Positions 62,142 to 64,000 of a stretch of DNA of 64,000 bases are shown here, piece by piece. A program made the translations under genes and the position numbers. Source of the DNA: a virus; IMG/VR virus record IMGVR_UViG_3300045988_184160, positions 96,001 to 160,000 of that record. One strand, written 5' to 3'. Each line of letters opens with the position of its first letter. Position 1 is the first letter of the stretch. The notes beneath the pieces were generated by a model, which did no database searches, was not told where the DNA came from, and worked only from the letters and a program-made list of their open reading frames with translations.

Positions 62142-62638
62142 TGTTTTCTACTTTCTGGTGCGTCGAAAATATGCGGGTGAAGGGCTTCTTCTGGGAACCG
62201 TTCAGCAACGAAGTACAAGCGGGTGTGGAGGGCACCAAGGTCATGGATGAACCCAGAGAAGCACTCCCTTAGTTTGTCCCAAAGGATTGTTTCATCCCCG
62301 TAGTATCCTTGGAGGCGCACAATATTCCGCAGAGCCACGAGGAACATGTGCAGCAGCTCGGCGTGGAAAACGTCATTCTTACGCCTGCTCGCGGCGTGGA
62401 GGATTTTCGTCATGTTAACCATGAACCCTTGAGGGACATTTATAGGCTTGACGCCTGCGCTAAGGACGTACTCTTCAACCCCTGCCCGCGCCAGACGGTA
62501 ATCGTCCTTCAAACCCCTCACTGGTGCTAGCCACAAGCACGCTAGAACTTTATTCAACGGCTCGGGTAGCACCCCAGTGAGGTTTTCAAGGTGCGCACCC
62601 CCAATAGTTGGGGTGTCCTGGTATTCACTATTCATCAC
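62138..62638 (-). CDS. Hypothetical protein
   Basis: 166-aa ORF. Its start overlaps the end of 62628..63038 by 11 nt. Confidence 0.6.
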   Translation of the reverse strand: MMNSEYQDTPTIGGAHLENLTGVLPEPLNKVLACLWLAPVRGLKDDYRLARAGVEEYVLSAGVKPINVPQGFMVNMTKILHAASRRKNDVFHAELLHMFLVALRNIVRLQGYYGDETILWDKLRECFSGFIHDLGALHTRLYFVAERFPEEALHPHIFDAPESRKQ

Positions 62639-63038
62639 TAAAAACAGCTCGAATCAAATCGTTCTTAGCGTCCTCCAATGCCCTCCAATGGTGGTAAAGT
62701 TTCCCTTGAGGATCGGAGAGTGCTGCTTTCCTGCATGCGCGCCCAGCATCTAAAAATTTTTTTAATTCTTCTGGATGTTGATAGCAACGATTTCGCATTT
62801 CTGAAAGGGAAATAGGGAAAGGGAGTTCTGATTCATAAATGCAGGCATAGTTCCAGTAAGTTTTCCAAGCGGGTGAAAGCGTGCACATTGCATTGTTGCG
62901 CAGGCGAACGATGTGATCGTTCATCTCTAGCCCAATACGTTCAGGTGCAAGACCGGACACATAGTAATATCCGATATTGAACTTGAATGTATGTAATCGC
63001 ATACCGTTATTTACGGTTTTCTTTTTATGCCAAAACAT
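62628..63038 (-). CDS. Hypothetical protein
   Basis: 136-aa ORF, lower GC, first of three overlapping genes. Confidence 0.55.
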   Translation of the reverse strand: MFWHKKKTVNNGMRLHTFKFNIGYYYVSGLAPERIGLEMNDHIVRLRNNAMCTLSPAWKTYWNYACIYESELPFPISLSEMRNRCYQHPEELKKFLDAGRACRKAALSDPQGKLYHHWRALEDAKNDLIRAVFSDE

Positions 63039-63083
63039 GCCGTGTATTCCTTGAATACCTTATGGTTTGTGGGTTACTTGTTA

Positions 63084-63347
63084 TCAGGGGCGCTTAGCAT
63101 GCTCCCAATCACAGGAAACAGCTACATCGCTCCCATTCCCACTGTTCGCGTTAGCAGTCACACAGTACACTTCAAAACCAGATTTTTCGTACTTGTCTAG
63201 GCAGCTGATCGCCTGCCCATGTATGCCACTGCTTCCGCATACATGTTGATCTCCACGCCCACCACCGTCAGCGCCAGCTCCGGTCATGGAGGTGATGGTG
63301 AGGATTACTGCTACTGCTGCTAGTGATTGTCCGATTTTTTTACGCAT
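63084..63347 (-). CDS. Small secreted four-Cys protein
   Basis: 87 aa. Signal peptide MRKKIGQSLAAVAVILTITSMTGAGA. The ~60-aa mature part has 4 Cys. Confidence 0.6.
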   Translation of the reverse strand: MRKKIGQSLAAVAVILTITSMTGAGADGGGRGDQHVCGSSGIHGQAISCLDKYEKSGFEVYCVTANANSGNGSDVAVSCDWEHAKRP

Positions 63348-63407
63348 TTTTGTTGCTCCTGTCTATTTTTTGTTTCTGGTTTGGGTAAGTGTACGGGGCT
63401 GGTTTCT

Positions 63408-63521
63408 TTAGATACCTAGCTGCCCGAGGATGATTGCTAGGATAATGAATCCTGCGGCGAGCGCCCATCCGATCATGATTGCGGTGTCGTTAGCTGGTTC
63501 AGGTTTCTTATGGGGGGGCAT
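63408..63521 (-). CDS. Candidate 37-aa single-TM peptide (not in the ORF track)
   Basis: MPPHKKPEPANDTAIMIGWALAAGFIILAIILGQLGI. GAAGGGAA lies upstream. A C7 run (complement of 63512..63518) comes directly after the ATG. Confidence 0.3.
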   Translation of the reverse strand: MPPHKKPEPANDTAIMIGWALAAGFIILAIILGQLGI

Positions 63522-63718
63522 TTCTTGTTCCCTTCAGTAGTTGCTGGTTTGTTTTCTGGTTTTTCTGATGTCACCACCATAAAGCATAGTTCTACTGAAA
63601 GTCAAGCAGGCACTATGTTTCGGCGTTTCAGATGGTTGTCTCTAGGGTGGTTTTCGGGTGTTCTTCTCTGGTAGGATGTGGGTGTACATTACACTCAACA
63701 ACCAAGAAAAGAGCGACC

Positions 63719-64000
63719 ATGACAGCCACCAAATACGTCGGGAAAATGCGCACCCCAGAAGACGCGGCGCGCTCGCTCGGGGTAACCCTATCCCAGCTAG
63801 ACACCCTAGCGGACAACAATAAGATCCTTCGTCTCACCAACGCGCACGGGCAGACTGGGTATCCCGTGTTTCAGTTCGATAGGAACGGTATCAACCCCAT
63901 TGTCCAGCGGGTAGTAAACACCCTGCTCAGTGGCGGGTACGACCCGTGGACTGTTGCTTTCTGGGTTTACCGCCCGTCAAGGGTTTGGGGTGGGTTGAAC
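63719..64000 (+). CDS. HTH DNA-binding protein, Rv2175c-like / Xre-antitoxin-like, 3'-truncated by the window end
   Basis: Open frame from ATG 63719 to the window edge (94 codons). AARSLGVTLSQLDTLADNNKILRL...YPVFQF...LLSGGYDPWTVAFWVYRP resembles the wHTH + GGY..W pattern of Rv2175c-type proteins. Confidence 0.5.
   Translation, partial: MTATKYVGKMRTPEDAARSLGVTLSQLDTLADNNKILRLTNAHGQTGYPVFQFDRNGINPIVQRVVNTLLSGGYDPWTVAFWVYRPSRVWGGLN

Noticed and set aside
63628-63840. 70-aa minus-strand ORF
   Set aside because: It overlaps the better-supported plus-strand HTH gene (63719 onward), which shows family-like motifs.
1-64000. CRISPR arrays or other guide arrays next to the TnpB/Cas12-like genes
   Set aside because: I saw no array of regularly spaced direct repeats anywhere in the window, in particular around 47400..49400 and 36266..36600. 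These are TnpB elements, not CRISPR loci.

Overview
Gene-dense accessory DNA of mixed composition (sampled 60-nt lines run from 38% to 58% GC). It reads like part of a large conjugative element (ICE or megaplasmid) of a Gram-positive host. I guess the host is actinobacterial, from the many TTG starts, Pro/Thr-rich wall linkers, and PspA, DUF488 and Rv2175c-like genes. All calls come from reading the ORF translations and DNA by eye; no HMM or BLAST search was possible, so family names are motif-level recognitions.

Layout:
(1) 49-24556: a co-directional Gram-positive (FATA-like) type IV secretion/conjugation module. It has a VirB4-like ATPase, an FtsK/TcpA-type coupling ATPase, a membrane-anchored NlpC/P60 hydrolase, a 2010-aa polytopic giant, two paralogous signal-peptide membrane proteins, and two tandem ParA/MinD-like proteins with eroded Walker A motifs. 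Three TnpB-only IS200/IS605-type insertions sit in its intergenic spacers. Two are diverged inverted copies of one element, and comparing them exposes an omega-RNA-like scaffold.
(2) 24683-29115: a small membrane protein, NfeD and flotillin, then an orphan Dam methyltransferase and two unknown genes.
(3) 29294-31204: a housekeeping-like long-chain acyl-CoA synthetase.
(4) 31313-34806: five unknown genes.
(5) 34885-36556: a low-GC IS607-like island with a decayed tnpA and an intact tnpB.
(6) 36642-42200: unknown genes, including tandem paralogous 4-TM proteins.
(7) 42504-47409: a 1237-aa vWA / isopeptide-repeat wall adhesin with a non-canonical sorting signal, plus a dedicated sortase-like gene.
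(8) 47513-49033: a fifth, large TnpB-like gene.
(9) 49390-55582: unknown membrane and cytosolic genes, and two Panacea (DUF4065/SocA-like) antitoxin-domain genes next to small membrane proteins.
(10) 55659-64000: lipoproteins, PspA, DUF488, two YqeY/GatB-like paralogs (one with an extreme A+C-rich coding strand), and a five-gene minus-strand cassette of unknown function with a divergent HTH gene.

No rRNA, tRNA, CRISPR array, relaxase, integrase or replication gene was recognised.

Best candidates for undescribed biology:
- the unnamed T4SS accessories, especially the pseudo-ATPase pair and the giant protein
- the PanA / membrane-protein modules
- the adhesin plus sortase pair with an EWHTG signal
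- the tandem 4-TM operon
- the interplay of TnpB/omega-RNA elements with T4SS translation-initiation regions
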